A stretch of 64,000 nucleotides of DNA from Dehalococcoidia bacterium (GTDB taxonomy: Bacteria > Chloroflexota > Dehalococcoidia > GIF9 > AB-539-J10): NCBI GenBank assembly GCA_040766535.1, contig JAXGQG010000007.1, positions 11,121 to 75,120 on the forward strand, given 5' to 3'. The notes beneath the pieces are model-generated. The model had not been told where the DNA came from, made no database searches, and worked only from the letters and a program-made list of their open reading frames with translations. Made by a program: the position numbers and the translations under genes. Within the stretch, counting starts at the first letter, position 1; the number at the start of each line of letters is the position of its first letter. Positions 52,245-61,600 of this stretch are shown in pieces.

Positions 52245-53357
52245 GTGAAAAGCAGAAGACTATCCCTGCTCATTGTCGCAGCGGTCATTGCGACTCTGCT
52301 TGCAGTCGGCTGTGCGCCGGCTCCAGCCCCCACCACCCCAACGACTCCCACAACGCCGGGCGCAACAACGACTCCGTCGCAGCCCGCGGGTGAGAAATTC
52401 AAGTGGAATCTCCAGATGTTCTACCCCACTGCCGATCCAGCGTCTGGCGCGATGATCGATGTGGCGGAGAAGATCAAGATCTCGACTGGCGGACGCCTTG
52501 ATATCGAGTGCTTCCCGGTCGGCGCCATCGTACCCGCGCAGACGGAGATTGACTCACTGAACGAGGGCGTGTTCGAGGCGACATTCGTGTCCCATGGTTG
52601 GCACACACATCTGTACAAGGCAGCGTTCCTGTTCGCACAGAGGGCCGGTGGCCTCACCCCGATCCAGGCCATGACGTGGCTACGCCTCGGTGGTGGCATG
52701 GAACTCGCCGAGGAACTGTACTCCACACTCACTGACGTGAAATACCTTGCCACCATGCTCATCCACCCACCCGAGGTATGGTGTCACTCCAACCGGCAGC
52801 TCAAATCCCTCGCCGACTTCCAGGGTCTGAAGATCCGGAGCCCCGGCGACAGCGGTGCGATCCTGTCACGCATGGGTGCTTCTTCGGTCAGCCTTCCCGG
52901 TGCTGAGATCTACGAGTCGGCACAGCGTGGCGTTATCGACGCCACCGAGTACATCACCCAGGCGACCAACTGGGACATGGGCTTCCAGGAGGTGTTCAAG
53001 TACGTCTACATGTCTCCAACCAGAGCCCCATCGGACAGCATCGGCTTGTTCGCCAACAAGACAGCCTGGAACAAGTTGCCCGCGGACGTTCAGGCTATCG
53101 TGATGGCTGAGGTACATGCCGAGACGCTCAGATGGTACGCGTGGTCGCTGCAGGCCGACAACGTGGCCCTTCAGAAATTCAAGGACTACGGCTGCATCGT
53201 CGAGACCATACCGGCCGACATCGACGCAAAGCTCATCGAGGTGGCCGCCGAGTACTTCACCGAGATGTCCGCTGGCGACGTGATGTTCAAGAAGGTAATG
53301 GATTCTCAGGATGCGTGGAAGGCCATGTGCGAAGCGCAGGGCCCGTGGGCCGACTAG
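52245..53357 (+). CDS. dctP: TRAP transporter solute-binding lipoprotein
   Basis: Lipobox AVGC, Pro/Thr linker, TGGRLDI, GLKIR, EIYESAQRGVIDA. Confidence 0.92.
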   Translation: MKSRRLSLLIVAAVIATLLAVGCAPAPAPTTPTTPTTPGATTTPSQPAGEKFKWNLQMFYPTADPASGAMIDVAEKIKISTGGRLDIECFPVGAIVPAQTEIDSLNEGVFEATFVSHGWHTHLYKAAFLFAQRAGGLTPIQAMTWLRLGGGMELAEELYSTLTDVKYLATMLIHPPEVWCHSNRQLKSLADFQGLKIRSPGDSGAILSRMGASSVSLPGAEIYESAQRGVIDATEYITQATNWDMGFQEVFKYVYMSPTRAPSDSIGLFANKTAWNKLPADVQAIVMAEVHAETLRWYAWSLQADNVALQKFKDYGCIVETIPADIDAKLIEVAAEYFTEMSAGDVMFKKVMDSQDAWKAMCEAQGPWAD

Positions 53358-53393
53358 CCACTGGATAGCAGCGTCTATCCTGACACAACGAAG

Positions 53394-53427
53394 GGTGGCG
53401 CCCCTGCCATGCGCACGGGGCGCCACC
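53394..53427 (+). promoter_or_regulatory. intercistronic stem-loop after dctP (mRNA stabiliser or attenuator)
   Basis: GGTGGCGCCCC-N12-GGGGCGCCACC. Confidence 0.6.
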
Positions 53428-53444
53428 ACATGGTAGTGGCAACA

Positions 53445-53951
53445 ATGAAGAAAGTACTTCAGATCATCGACTCAATCAGCCTTTGGAACGCCCGAGTGTT
53501 CCGATGGCTTTCGGTCGCGCTCATAGTCCTCTTGTGCTATGAAGTGACCATGCGCTACGTGTTCAACGCACCTACGATCTGGGTGATGCAGATGTCTATG
53601 ATGGTCGGCGGCACGCTGATCGTACTGGGATGGAGCTATGTACATCAACAGCAGGGCCATGTTCGCGTGGACGTCATCTACGGCCGGCTGTCCAGGAGAT
53701 GGCAGGCTCTGGTGAACACTCTCGGAGCGCTGGTGTTCTTCTTCCCATTTGTGGGCGCCCTGCTCTATCGTGCGGTTATTCAGGCTGAGTACTCACTCCG
53801 AATGGGCGAACGCATGTCTGAGACGGCATGGTATCCGCCCGTGTTCCCTATGAGGGTGGTGGTAGTGGTGGGACTGGCGCTCTTTCTGCTTCAGGGACTG
53901 GCACAGTTCGTGCGCGACGCGCGGACGTTGATGGAGGCCGGCAATGATTGA
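53445..53951 (+). CDS. dctQ: TRAP transporter small permease
   Basis: EVTMRYVFNAPTIW, HVRVDVIY, 4 TMs. Confidence 0.92.
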   Translation: MKKVLQIIDSISLWNARVFRWLSVALIVLLCYEVTMRYVFNAPTIWVMQMSMMVGGTLIVLGWSYVHQQQGHVRVDVIYGRLSRRWQALVNTLGALVFFFPFVGALLYRAVIQAEYSLRMGERMSETAWYPPVFPMRVVVVVGLALFLLQGLAQFVRDARTLMEAGND

Positions 53952-55278
53952 TATCAGCGCCGAAGCGGTGACACTCATACTACTTTTTGGCGTCCTGCTG
54001 GGCGTTATGACCGGCTATCATCTCGCTCTCGTGATCGGTGGCGTCGGGCTCATCGTCGGACTGCTAGCCTTCGGCCCCACCGTGGTGAACATCCTGTACT
54101 ACAGGGTGTACAACAACATCACTAACTACACCCTGCTCGCCGTTCCACTGTTCATCTTCATGGGAATCATGCTTGAGCGCTCCGGTATCGCGGAGCGGTT
54201 GTATGACGCCCTCTATCTCTGGCTGGGCGGCGTGCCCGGTGGCCTCGCGCTCACCACGCTCATAATCGGAACGGTCATGGCCGCGTGCGTCGGTATCATC
54301 GGTGCATCGGTGACGATGCTTGCAGTGGTCGGGCTCCCAGCCATGATCAAGCGTGGCTACGACAAGAGCATCGCCTCGGGCGCGGTATGCGCGGGGGGTA
54401 CACTTGGAATCCTGATCCCTCCGAGCATCATGCTCGTGGTCTACGGACCTATGGCTCTCATCTCGGTAGGCAAGCTGTTCATGGCGGCCTTCGTGCCCGG
54501 GTTTGTGCTGTCGGCACTGTACTGTCTCTACGTCTTCATACGGTGCCAGTTGCAGAAGGATCTCGCTCCACCCATCCCACCTGCAGAGCGCCGTGTTCCG
54601 TTCTCACAGAAGACCTGGAAGCTCGCTACCTCGCTGCTTCCCGCCGCTCTTCTGATCCTTTCAGTGCTGGGCGTCATCTTCTTTGGCATCGCGCCGCCCA
54701 CAGAGGCCGCTGCAGTGGGAGCACTCGTGGCCACACTGCTCGCGCTTGCCTACCGCAAGCTGACATGGCAGGTGCTGAAGGAGACAGCTCACGAGACGTT
54801 CAAGCTCACCAGTGCGGTGTTGCTCATCGCCGCGGCGTCGTTCGCGTTCACAGGCGTGTTCCTGAACGCTGGTGGCGGCAACGTGGTGGAGGCGTTCATT
54901 CTCGCGACCCCCGGTGGCCGCTGGGGTGCGTTCGCCATCATCATGTTCGTGTGCTTCATCCTGGGCATGTTCATCGACTGGATGGGAATCATCTTCATCA
55001 TCGTGCCCATTGTCACGCCGGTGGCTCCTGTCCTTGGATTCGACCCGCTCTGGTTCGCCATGATGATCGTGGTGAACCTGCAGATGTCCTTCATGACGCC
55101 GCCATTTGCATATGCGATCTTCTTCACGAGGGCTGCGGCATCGCCTGAGCTGGGGCTCACTACTGACGACATCATACGTGGCGTGTTGCCATTCGTCGCC
55201 TTGATCGTCATCGGGCTGGGCCTCTGCATCGCCTTCCCGCAGTTGATACTCTGGCTGCCTTCGAAGATGATTGCCTGA
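53944..55278 (+). CDS. dctM: TRAP transporter large permease
   Basis: LLAVPLFIFMG, GGTLGILIPPSI, PTEAA, MTPPF. Confidence 0.95.
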   Translation: MIDISAEAVTLILLFGVLLGVMTGYHLALVIGGVGLIVGLLAFGPTVVNILYYRVYNNITNYTLLAVPLFIFMGIMLERSGIAERLYDALYLWLGGVPGGLALTTLIIGTVMAACVGIIGASVTMLAVVGLPAMIKRGYDKSIASGAVCAGGTLGILIPPSIMLVVYGPMALISVGKLFMAAFVPGFVLSALYCLYVFIRCQLQKDLAPPIPPAERRVPFSQKTWKLATSLLPAALLILSVLGVIFFGIAPPTEAAAVGALVATLLALAYRKLTWQVLKETAHETFKLTSAVLLIAAASFAFTGVFLNAGGGNVVEAFILATPGGRWGAFAIIMFVCFILGMFIDWMGIIFIIVPIVTPVAPVLGFDPLWFAMMIVVNLQMSFMTPPFAYAIFFTRAAASPELGLTTDDIIRGVLPFVALIVIGLGLCIAFPQLILWLPSKMIA

Positions 55279-55302
55279 GATCTACCCACACCAGTACATG
55301 AA

Positions 55303-55339
55303 TGTGGGACGGCATCCTCCACAGAGGAGCCGTCCCACA
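55303..55339. terminator. stem-loop after dctM
   Basis: TGTGGGACGGC...GCCGTCCCACA inverted repeat. Confidence 0.65.
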
Positions 55340-55482
55340 CGTGTTTCGGACGGTCAGAGGTCGGTTTGCCGCACCGACCATACTGCTCTGACTGGTTGCG
55401 CACAGAGCGTACATGCCTGCAATGCACAGAAGGGGTCGGTGTACGGAGAGAGGCTGCAGTCCCTGAGGCCGCTGGAGCTCAA

Positions 55483-55839
55483 TCAGGCAGGGCTCAGACC
55501 GCCATGCAGCACCTGTTCAGCCGCGAGCGAGAACCGTTCCCATTCGCTAAGCTTGAGCGCAAGCACCTCGCGTCCCTTCTCAGTCAGCGAGTAGTATCGG
55601 CGCCGGGGGCTGGCGGCATCAAACCACATGCTGCTGACCAGTCCGTCCTCTTCAAGACGTCGGAGGGCAGAGTAGACGGTGCTCGCCGTTAGTCGGAAGT
55701 AGCCGCTGCTTCTGCGTTCAATCTCCTTGGCGATGTGATACCCGTGAGTGGGAAGCTCGGAGATGATGGAGAGCATCAACGGTTCCACAACACCCCGAAG
55801 CAACTGCTCAATGTATCCGCCAACGTGGGAATCGGTCAT
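55483..55839 (-). CDS. PadR family transcriptional regulator
   Basis: HGYHI, VYSALRRLEEDGLV, RRRYYSLTEKG. Confidence 0.93.
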   Translation of the reverse strand: MTDSHVGGYIEQLLRGVVEPLMLSIISELPTHGYHIAKEIERRSSGYFRLTASTVYSALRRLEEDGLVSSMWFDAASPRRRYYSLTEKGREVLALKLSEWERFSLAAEQVLHGGLSPA

Positions 55840-55847
55840 CGACTCGC

Positions 55848-55914
55848 ATTATACCACCCATCGAATCACCAGACCGGCCTGTTTTGAGTGGTCACCCACC
55901 TCTGCTGCTATAAT
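55848..55914. promoter_or_regulatory. divergent extended -10 promoters (padR / htrA)
   Basis: TGGTATAAT on the minus strand and TGCTATAAT on the plus strand, each 8 nt before an ATG. Confidence 0.7.
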
Positions 55915-55922
55915 CAGACGAT

Positions 55923-57050
55923 ATGAACACGACGCGATTGAGGGTGTCTGCCGTACTCGCAGTCATGATGGTTCTCTCCATACTCGCAGGCTGCATCGTC
56001 ATGCCGCCGGTCGACCCTTCTGCCACCACGCCTACGTCCGGCCAACCCACCACTCCCAGTGCCTACATCGATCCGGCCTGGCGCTTCCCCGCTTCGCCGG
56101 GGACGGCGCAGCCGGCCCTGCCTGCTTTCGTGGATGTGGTGCGTGAAGTCAGGCCCGCGGTAGTGTCAGTGATCACCGAGATGGTAGCGTATGACTTGTT
56201 CAACCAGGCCTACACGCAGGAAGCAGCCGGATCCGGGGTTATCGTCGACCCTCAAGGCTATATCATCACCAACAACCACGTTGTTGAAGGCGCACAGGAT
56301 ATTCAAGTAGAGCTTCACGATGGTACAACCTACCCTGCAACGATCGTGGGCACCGACCCCCTCACTGATCTGGCCGTGATTCGCGCTGACGCCGACGACC
56401 TTTCGTATGCTGTTCTGGGTCAATCCGGCCAACTTGCGGTGGGTGAATGGGTGGTAGCCATCGGAAACGCCCTGGGTGAAGGCATATCGGCCAGCCAGGG
56501 CATTGTGAGCAGGCTTGACGTGTCGATTGCCGTAGGAGGAAGCACGCTTCGCGATCTCATCCAGACAACCGCCGCCATCAACCCCGGGAACAGTGGTGGA
56601 CCGCTGGTCAACATGGCGGGAGAGGTCATCGGGATTAACAGCGTCAAAGTCGCTTCCATCGGAGTGGAGGGAATGAGCTACGCGATCGCCATCGACGGAG
56701 CCCGACCGATAGCGCAGTCACTGATTAATCAGGGTTACGTCGCCAGACCCTGGCTCGGTGTCTCTCTGTATACAGTTGACCGCTTCACCGCACGGGTCAA
56801 CCAGCTTGCCGTGGAGGAAGGGGCCTTGATAGTTGATGTTTCCGCGGGCAGTCCGGGAGCCAAGGCTGGGCTCCAGAAGGGCGATGTCATCGTCGAGTTC
56901 AAGGGGAGTCCGATCAAGTCCGCAGACGACCTTCTGCTCGGAATCATCAACAGCAAGGTGGGCGACAGTGTGGAAATTGTCTACGTGAGGAAGCAGGATC
57001 GCCGCACCGCTACTGCACAGCTGAGTGAGAGCCCACCCCCTTGGCAATAG
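55923..57050 (+). CDS. htrA: HtrA/DegP-type serine protease lipoprotein with one PDZ domain
   Basis: Lipobox LAGC, TNNHV, DLAV, INPGNSGGPL, C-terminal PDZ. Confidence 0.93.
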   Translation: MNTTRLRVSAVLAVMMVLSILAGCIVMPPVDPSATTPTSGQPTTPSAYIDPAWRFPASPGTAQPALPAFVDVVREVRPAVVSVITEMVAYDLFNQAYTQEAAGSGVIVDPQGYIITNNHVVEGAQDIQVELHDGTTYPATIVGTDPLTDLAVIRADADDLSYAVLGQSGQLAVGEWVVAIGNALGEGISASQGIVSRLDVSIAVGGSTLRDLIQTTAAINPGNSGGPLVNMAGEVIGINSVKVASIGVEGMSYAIAIDGARPIAQSLINQGYVARPWLGVSLYTVDRFTARVNQLAVEEGALIVDVSAGSPGAKAGLQKGDVIVEFKGSPIKSADDLLLGIINSKVGDSVEIVYVRKQDRRTATAQLSESPPPWQ

Positions 57051-57077
57051 CCGCTTGTGCGCGTCGCCGAAAAGAAG

Positions 57078-57101
57078 AAGGGCCGCCCGAAGGCGGCCCT
57101 T
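57078..57101. terminator. bidirectional intrinsic terminator (htrA / ileS)
   Basis: AAGGGCCGCC-CGAA-GGCGGCCCTT with A/T-rich flanks. Confidence 0.8.
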
Positions 57102-57123
57102 TCCATGTCGCTGCGGTTCCTGG

Positions 57124-60100
57124 TCAAGCCTTTCGGATGCCAAGTACCAGTTCGTGTCCTTCGACTTTGAGTGTCTGCGTGCACGCGGTCTCAGACGGAA
57201 CCTGATCCTGCATGTCAACGCACAAGGTCTCCTGTCTGATGTAACCGCCATGTGTCCTGAGGACTTCGTCCAGTGCGGGGCTCTGCTGGTAAAAGACGAC
57301 GATATGATCAGATATCTCGAGGCCCGCCGCACGGCGCATCATCTGGAGCCGCCTGACAAGTTCCCGTGCGAACCCCTCCGCCCGTAGCTCGGACGACAGC
57401 TCTGTGACCACGGCAACACTGTACCGGCCGTCCCCTGCGACCGCATCAAGACCGGCGAGCACCGAAGCGTCACGAGTGACCTCGACGTTCTTGACATTCA
57501 GTTCGTCCTGGATGTGCTCCGACAACGCTCCCACCGCAGACACCTCATCGTCGTCCAGCACAACCACATACGCCCTGGGAAGAGGCTGTCGCACCTTGAT
57601 TCCGGCCTTCGCACGCGCAGCACGTCCCAGGCTGGAGAGGTTCATCACCAGCTCCATGTGGGAATTCAAGGCAGTATCGATCTGGTCGGCTGCAGCGGCA
57701 GGGTAGTCGGTCAGATGCACGCTCTCAGGTGCATCGGGATCGACTGATAGCACGAGGTTGCGGTACATCTCCTCCACGATGAACGGCGCAATCGGCGCCA
57801 GTAGCTTGCAGAGGGTCACCAGGCATTGATACAGGGTCTCGTGCGCCGCGAGCTTGTCATCGTCGCTCTCACTCTTCCAGAAGCGGCGGCGGCTTCGCCG
57901 CACATACCAGTTGGACAGAAGATCAATGAATTGCTCGATACGGCGTACGGCAAGCGTGAAGGCATAGCCCTCCATGGCCTTGGTGACTTCCAGGATGAGT
58001 TGATTCAACTCCGACAGAATCCAACGATCCAGTTCCGCGAGGGCCGCCACTTTGCTGCGGCCCGGAACGAAGCCATCGATGTTCGCATACAGGACAAAGA
58101 ACGAATAGGTATTCCACAGCGTCAACAGGTTCCGCCTCATGGTCTCGGCAAGACTCTGAACCGAGAACCGATGTGTGTTCTCAGGTGGAACGGAAGACAG
58201 CATGTACCAGCGCACGGCATCGGCGCCATACTCATTGATGACAGCCCAGGGATCGACGATGTTCCCTTTGGACTTGCTCATCTTCTCGCCGTTGGCGTCA
58301 ACGACGTGGCCGAGGCAGTGCACGTTCTTGAAGCACGGCCCGTCGAACACCACCGTTGAGAGTGCGTGCAGGCTGTAGAACCAGCCACGTGTCTGGTCAA
58401 TGGCCTCAGTGATGTAGTCAACAGGAAAGTGCTGCTGGAAGATGTCTTCATTCTCGAAGGGATAGTGCCACTGCGCCCATGTCATGGCGCCTGAATCGAA
58501 CCAGCAGTCAAGCACCTCGGGGACCCGGCGCATGGTTCCACCGCACTTGCTGCACGAGAACGTCACTTCATCCACGTAGGGCCGATGCAGCTCTATTGCA
58601 TCCTGATAGCCACACACATCCGGCTTCTCAGCCAGCTCCGCACGGCTGCCTACGCACTCGAACTGTCCGCAATCCGGACACTCCCACACCGGGAGCGGCG
58701 TACCCCAATATCGTTCCCGAGACACGGCCCAGTCGACGTTATTCTCCAGCCAATCACCGAAACGCCCGTACTTGATGTAGTCAGGGAACCACGTAATCTC
58801 GAGGTTTCCCGATATGAGTCTGTCCTTCTTCGCCGTTGTCTTGATGTACCAGGAACGCTTGACGTAGTACAGAAGCGGCGTGGAGCAGCGCCAGCAGAAT
58901 GGATACGTGTGGCGAATGGTACCGCTACGATACAGGAGACCCCGGCTGCGAAGATCCTCAATCACCTCAGGGTCTGCCTGCTTGACGAATTTCCCCGCGA
59001 ACGAGTAGGTCCCAGTCACTTTGCCGTCGAGGTCAACCTGCTGCACGAAGTCGAGTTTCTCCCTCATGCCTGCTTCGAAGTCGACCTCACCAAAGGAGGG
59101 GGCCACGTGCACGATGCCAGAGCCGTCCTCCATGGACACGAAATCGGCCGCGATAACGGGATATGAGAGCGATTCGGGCCTGGGTTGCGCCTCGAAATCC
59201 GGCATCGAAAGACGGGCGACGCCGAAGTCGTGAGGATTGAACAGCGGTTCGTACCGCAATCCAACGAGATCGCTACCCGGAATGGAGCCAACACGTTCGT
59301 AGTCCGAGATCCCCACGGAGTCGACCAGTGCCGAAGCCAGCACCATATACTCGGAAGCAGAGGCAAGCACGGCATACTCGGCTTCGGCCGACACGGCCAG
59401 AGAGGTGTTGCCCGGAAGGGTCCACGGGGTCGTCGTCCACGCAAGCAGATACACGGGCCGGGCGCCGTCACCGGCAGTCTGTTGTAGCGCTGGCGAGGCT
59501 GATGAACGTGCCGCAGAGGTGACACGGAACTTGATGAATACCGATGGATCCTCGGTGTTCTCTTCGTAGCCCAAGGCGACTTCGTGGGAACTGAGCGACG
59601 TGCCACAACGCGGACAATGAGGAGTAGTCCTGTAGCCGCGGTAGATCAGTCCCTGGTCCCACAGGCGCTTGATTCCCCACCAACCAGACTCGATATAGTC
59701 ATTCTTCAGCGTGACATACGGATCGTCCATGTCGATCCAGTGACCAACGCGATCAACCAGCGCCTCCCACTGGCGTATGTACTTGAATACGCTCTCTTTG
59801 CACCGTTCGTTGAAGGCAGCGACTCCGTACTCCTCGATCTGTTTCTTGCTCTTCAGACCGAGGCTGTGCTCCACCTCCAACTCCACAGGGAGTCCATGGG
59901 TATCCCAACCCGCCTTGCGCGGTGCGTAGTAGCCTCGCATCGTCCGGTAACGGCAGGGTATGTCCTTGAATATTCGGGAGAGAACGTGATGAATGCCCGG
60001 GCTTCCATTGGTAGTTGGAGGGCCGTCGTTGAAGGTGTAGAGCGGTTGACCCCGGCGAGCCTCTAAGCTCTTCTGGAACACCGCTTTCTCTTTCCAGAAA

Positions 60101-60159
60101 CGAAGGATCTCTACTTCGATATCGGGAAACCGGGCCTTCGAGTCTACGTTCTTGAACAT
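57124..60159 (-). CDS. ileS: isoleucine--tRNA ligase, type 2
   Basis: GWDTHGLP, WTTTPWT, SRERYWGTP, DQTRGWF, KMSKS; HIGH-equivalent reads GIHH. Confidence 0.97.
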   Translation of the reverse strand: MFKNVDSKARFPDIEVEILRFWKEKAVFQKSLEARRGQPLYTFNDGPPTTNGSPGIHHVLSRIFKDIPCRYRTMRGYYAPRKAGWDTHGLPVELEVEHSLGLKSKKQIEEYGVAAFNERCKESVFKYIRQWEALVDRVGHWIDMDDPYVTLKNDYIESGWWGIKRLWDQGLIYRGYRTTPHCPRCGTSLSSHEVALGYEENTEDPSVFIKFRVTSAARSSASPALQQTAGDGARPVYLLAWTTTPWTLPGNTSLAVSAEAEYAVLASASEYMVLASALVDSVGISDYERVGSIPGSDLVGLRYEPLFNPHDFGVARLSMPDFEAQPRPESLSYPVIAADFVSMEDGSGIVHVAPSFGEVDFEAGMREKLDFVQQVDLDGKVTGTYSFAGKFVKQADPEVIEDLRSRGLLYRSGTIRHTYPFCWRCSTPLLYYVKRSWYIKTTAKKDRLISGNLEITWFPDYIKYGRFGDWLENNVDWAVSRERYWGTPLPVWECPDCGQFECVGSRAELAEKPDVCGYQDAIELHRPYVDEVTFSCSKCGGTMRRVPEVLDCWFDSGAMTWAQWHYPFENEDIFQQHFPVDYITEAIDQTRGWFYSLHALSTVVFDGPCFKNVHCLGHVVDANGEKMSKSKGNIVDPWAVINEYGADAVRWYMLSSVPPENTHRFSVQSLAETMRRNLLTLWNTYSFFVLYANIDGFVPGRSKVAALAELDRWILSELNQLILEVTKAMEGYAFTLAVRRIEQFIDLLSNWYVRRSRRRFWKSESDDDKLAAHETLYQCLVTLCKLLAPIAPFIVEEMYRNLVLSVDPDAPESVHLTDYPAAAADQIDTALNSHMELVMNLSSLGRAARAKAGIKVRQPLPRAYVVVLDDDEVSAVGALSEHIQDELNVKNVEVTRDASVLAGLDAVAGDGRYSVAVVTELSSELRAEGFARELVRRLQMMRRAAGLEISDHIVVFYQQSPALDEVLRTHGGYIRQETLCVDMQDQVPSETACTQTLKVEGHELVLGIRKA

Positions 60160-60161
60160 GC

Positions 60162-60794
60162 CTAGCCCCTCTTGGGATGAATGACCACCTTGCGGTCGAC
60201 ATCCTCGCCGATGCTCTCGGTGTACACGTCAGGATTGTCAGCGAGCGCGAGATGCACGATGCGCCGTTCATCCGGTGGCATAGGTTCCAGCGTGACCGGT
60301 CTCTTGCGGTATTTCGCCTGGTCTGCCAGCTTTCGAGCCAGTTCTTCCAGTGCCACATGCCGTCTTCGCTTGTACCCGCACACATCAACCGTCAAAGAGG
60401 GCCATTCATCCACTCGCGAGGCGATCATGAGTCTCACGAGGTACTGCAGCGACGAAAGCGTGAGCCCGCGCCGGCCAATCAACACACCCAGGTCGTCGCC
60501 TTCGATATTCAGCATGAGGGACGTCTCCGACTCCTCCGCGTTGACGTCTCCGTCCAGGCCCAGATAGTCGAGCAATCGCGTCAATATCTCGACACCCACC
60601 GCAGCTCCTCGGCTCACCTGGCCCGGTTGGCGCTCATCCATCACATCGTCGTCATCAGGACCTCGCAACTCCACCCGCCCCAGATCTCGAATCTGTGAGT
60701 CAACGTCGTCATCTTCAAACGCAGAGGCCCCGGAATTGACCGCGGCGCGGTCCTCAGAATCGCGTGCAACTGAGTCGGACCAATCATCATTCAT
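60162..60794 (-). CDS. jag: Jag/KhpB/EloR RNA-binding protein (KH and R3H domains)
   Basis: LIGRRGLTLSSLQ, PMPPDERRIVH, TESIGE. Confidence 0.93.
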   Translation of the reverse strand: MNDDWSDSVARDSEDRAAVNSGASAFEDDDVDSQIRDLGRVELRGPDDDDVMDERQPGQVSRGAAVGVEILTRLLDYLGLDGDVNAEESETSLMLNIEGDDLGVLIGRRGLTLSSLQYLVRLMIASRVDEWPSLTVDVCGYKRRRHVALEELARKLADQAKYRKRPVTLEPMPPDERRIVHLALADNPDVYTESIGEDVDRKVVIHPKRG

Positions 60795-60833
60795 GAGGTT
60801 ACCTCACATATGGCAGCATTGCGCCTGACCGCG

Positions 60834-61592
60834 CTAGCTCGATTTGGCAATCGCGGGAGTGGCCCCACCACGCTTCAAGTAACCCCAACCACCACCCACG
60901 AAGTACTGAGTCGCTATGCCAATGATGTTGGATACAAGCCAGAACAGCGGCAGACCGCTCGGGAACATGATTGTGAATAGTCCAAACATCAGAGGCATCA
61001 TCAGCAGCATCATCTGGTTGGTCGAGGCTTGCCGAGGATCCGGCGTGGGCGCGGTCGTCATCTTCTGCTGCACCCACATCGAGCCTCCCACCACTATCGC
61101 CAGGATCATGGTGGTATCCGGCTGACCGAGGTCCAGCCACAGGAAGCTGCTATTCACTGGAATGGCGCGAGCGATCACGTCCGATGCGTACAGGTGCTGT
61201 GCCATATCGAGCAGGTTCTCCGGAGTGGTCGCCAGAGTCTTCATGATGGACTGGTACAGAGCAATCCAGACCGGAAACTGAATCAGCATCGGCCACATGC
61301 AGCCGGCAGGATTCACCCCCGCCTCTTTGTACAGCTTCATGGTTTCCTGCTGAAGCTTCTCTTTGTTCTTGGCGTACTTCTTCTGCAGCTCTTTCATTTT
61401 CGGCTGCAGTTCCTGCATCGCTTTCGTGGATTGTGTCTGTTTGATGGTCACCGGCGTCAGCACCAGCCGGACAACTACGGTGAAGATGATGATGGCGAGT
61501 CCGAACTCCACAGCCTCTGGCAACGCGCCAGACAGGGCGATGAGGCCGTTCATGGCCGGACGGAGAATGAGAACGTTCCACAGATTAGCCAT
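60834..61592 (-). CDS. yidC: membrane protein insertase YidC (short form)
   Basis: IIFTVVVR, LQPKMKELQKKY, NPAGCMWPMLIQFP, FLWLDL, PSGLPLFW. Confidence 0.95.
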   Translation of the reverse strand: MANLWNVLILRPAMNGLIALSGALPEAVEFGLAIIIFTVVVRLVLTPVTIKQTQSTKAMQELQPKMKELQKKYAKNKEKLQQETMKLYKEAGVNPAGCMWPMLIQFPVWIALYQSIMKTLATTPENLLDMAQHLYASDVIARAIPVNSSFLWLDLGQPDTTMILAIVVGGSMWVQQKMTTAPTPDPRQASTNQMMLLMMPLMFGLFTIMFPSGLPLFWLVSNIIGIATQYFVGGGWGYLKRGGATPAIAKSS

Positions 61593-61600
61593 TTAGTCCA

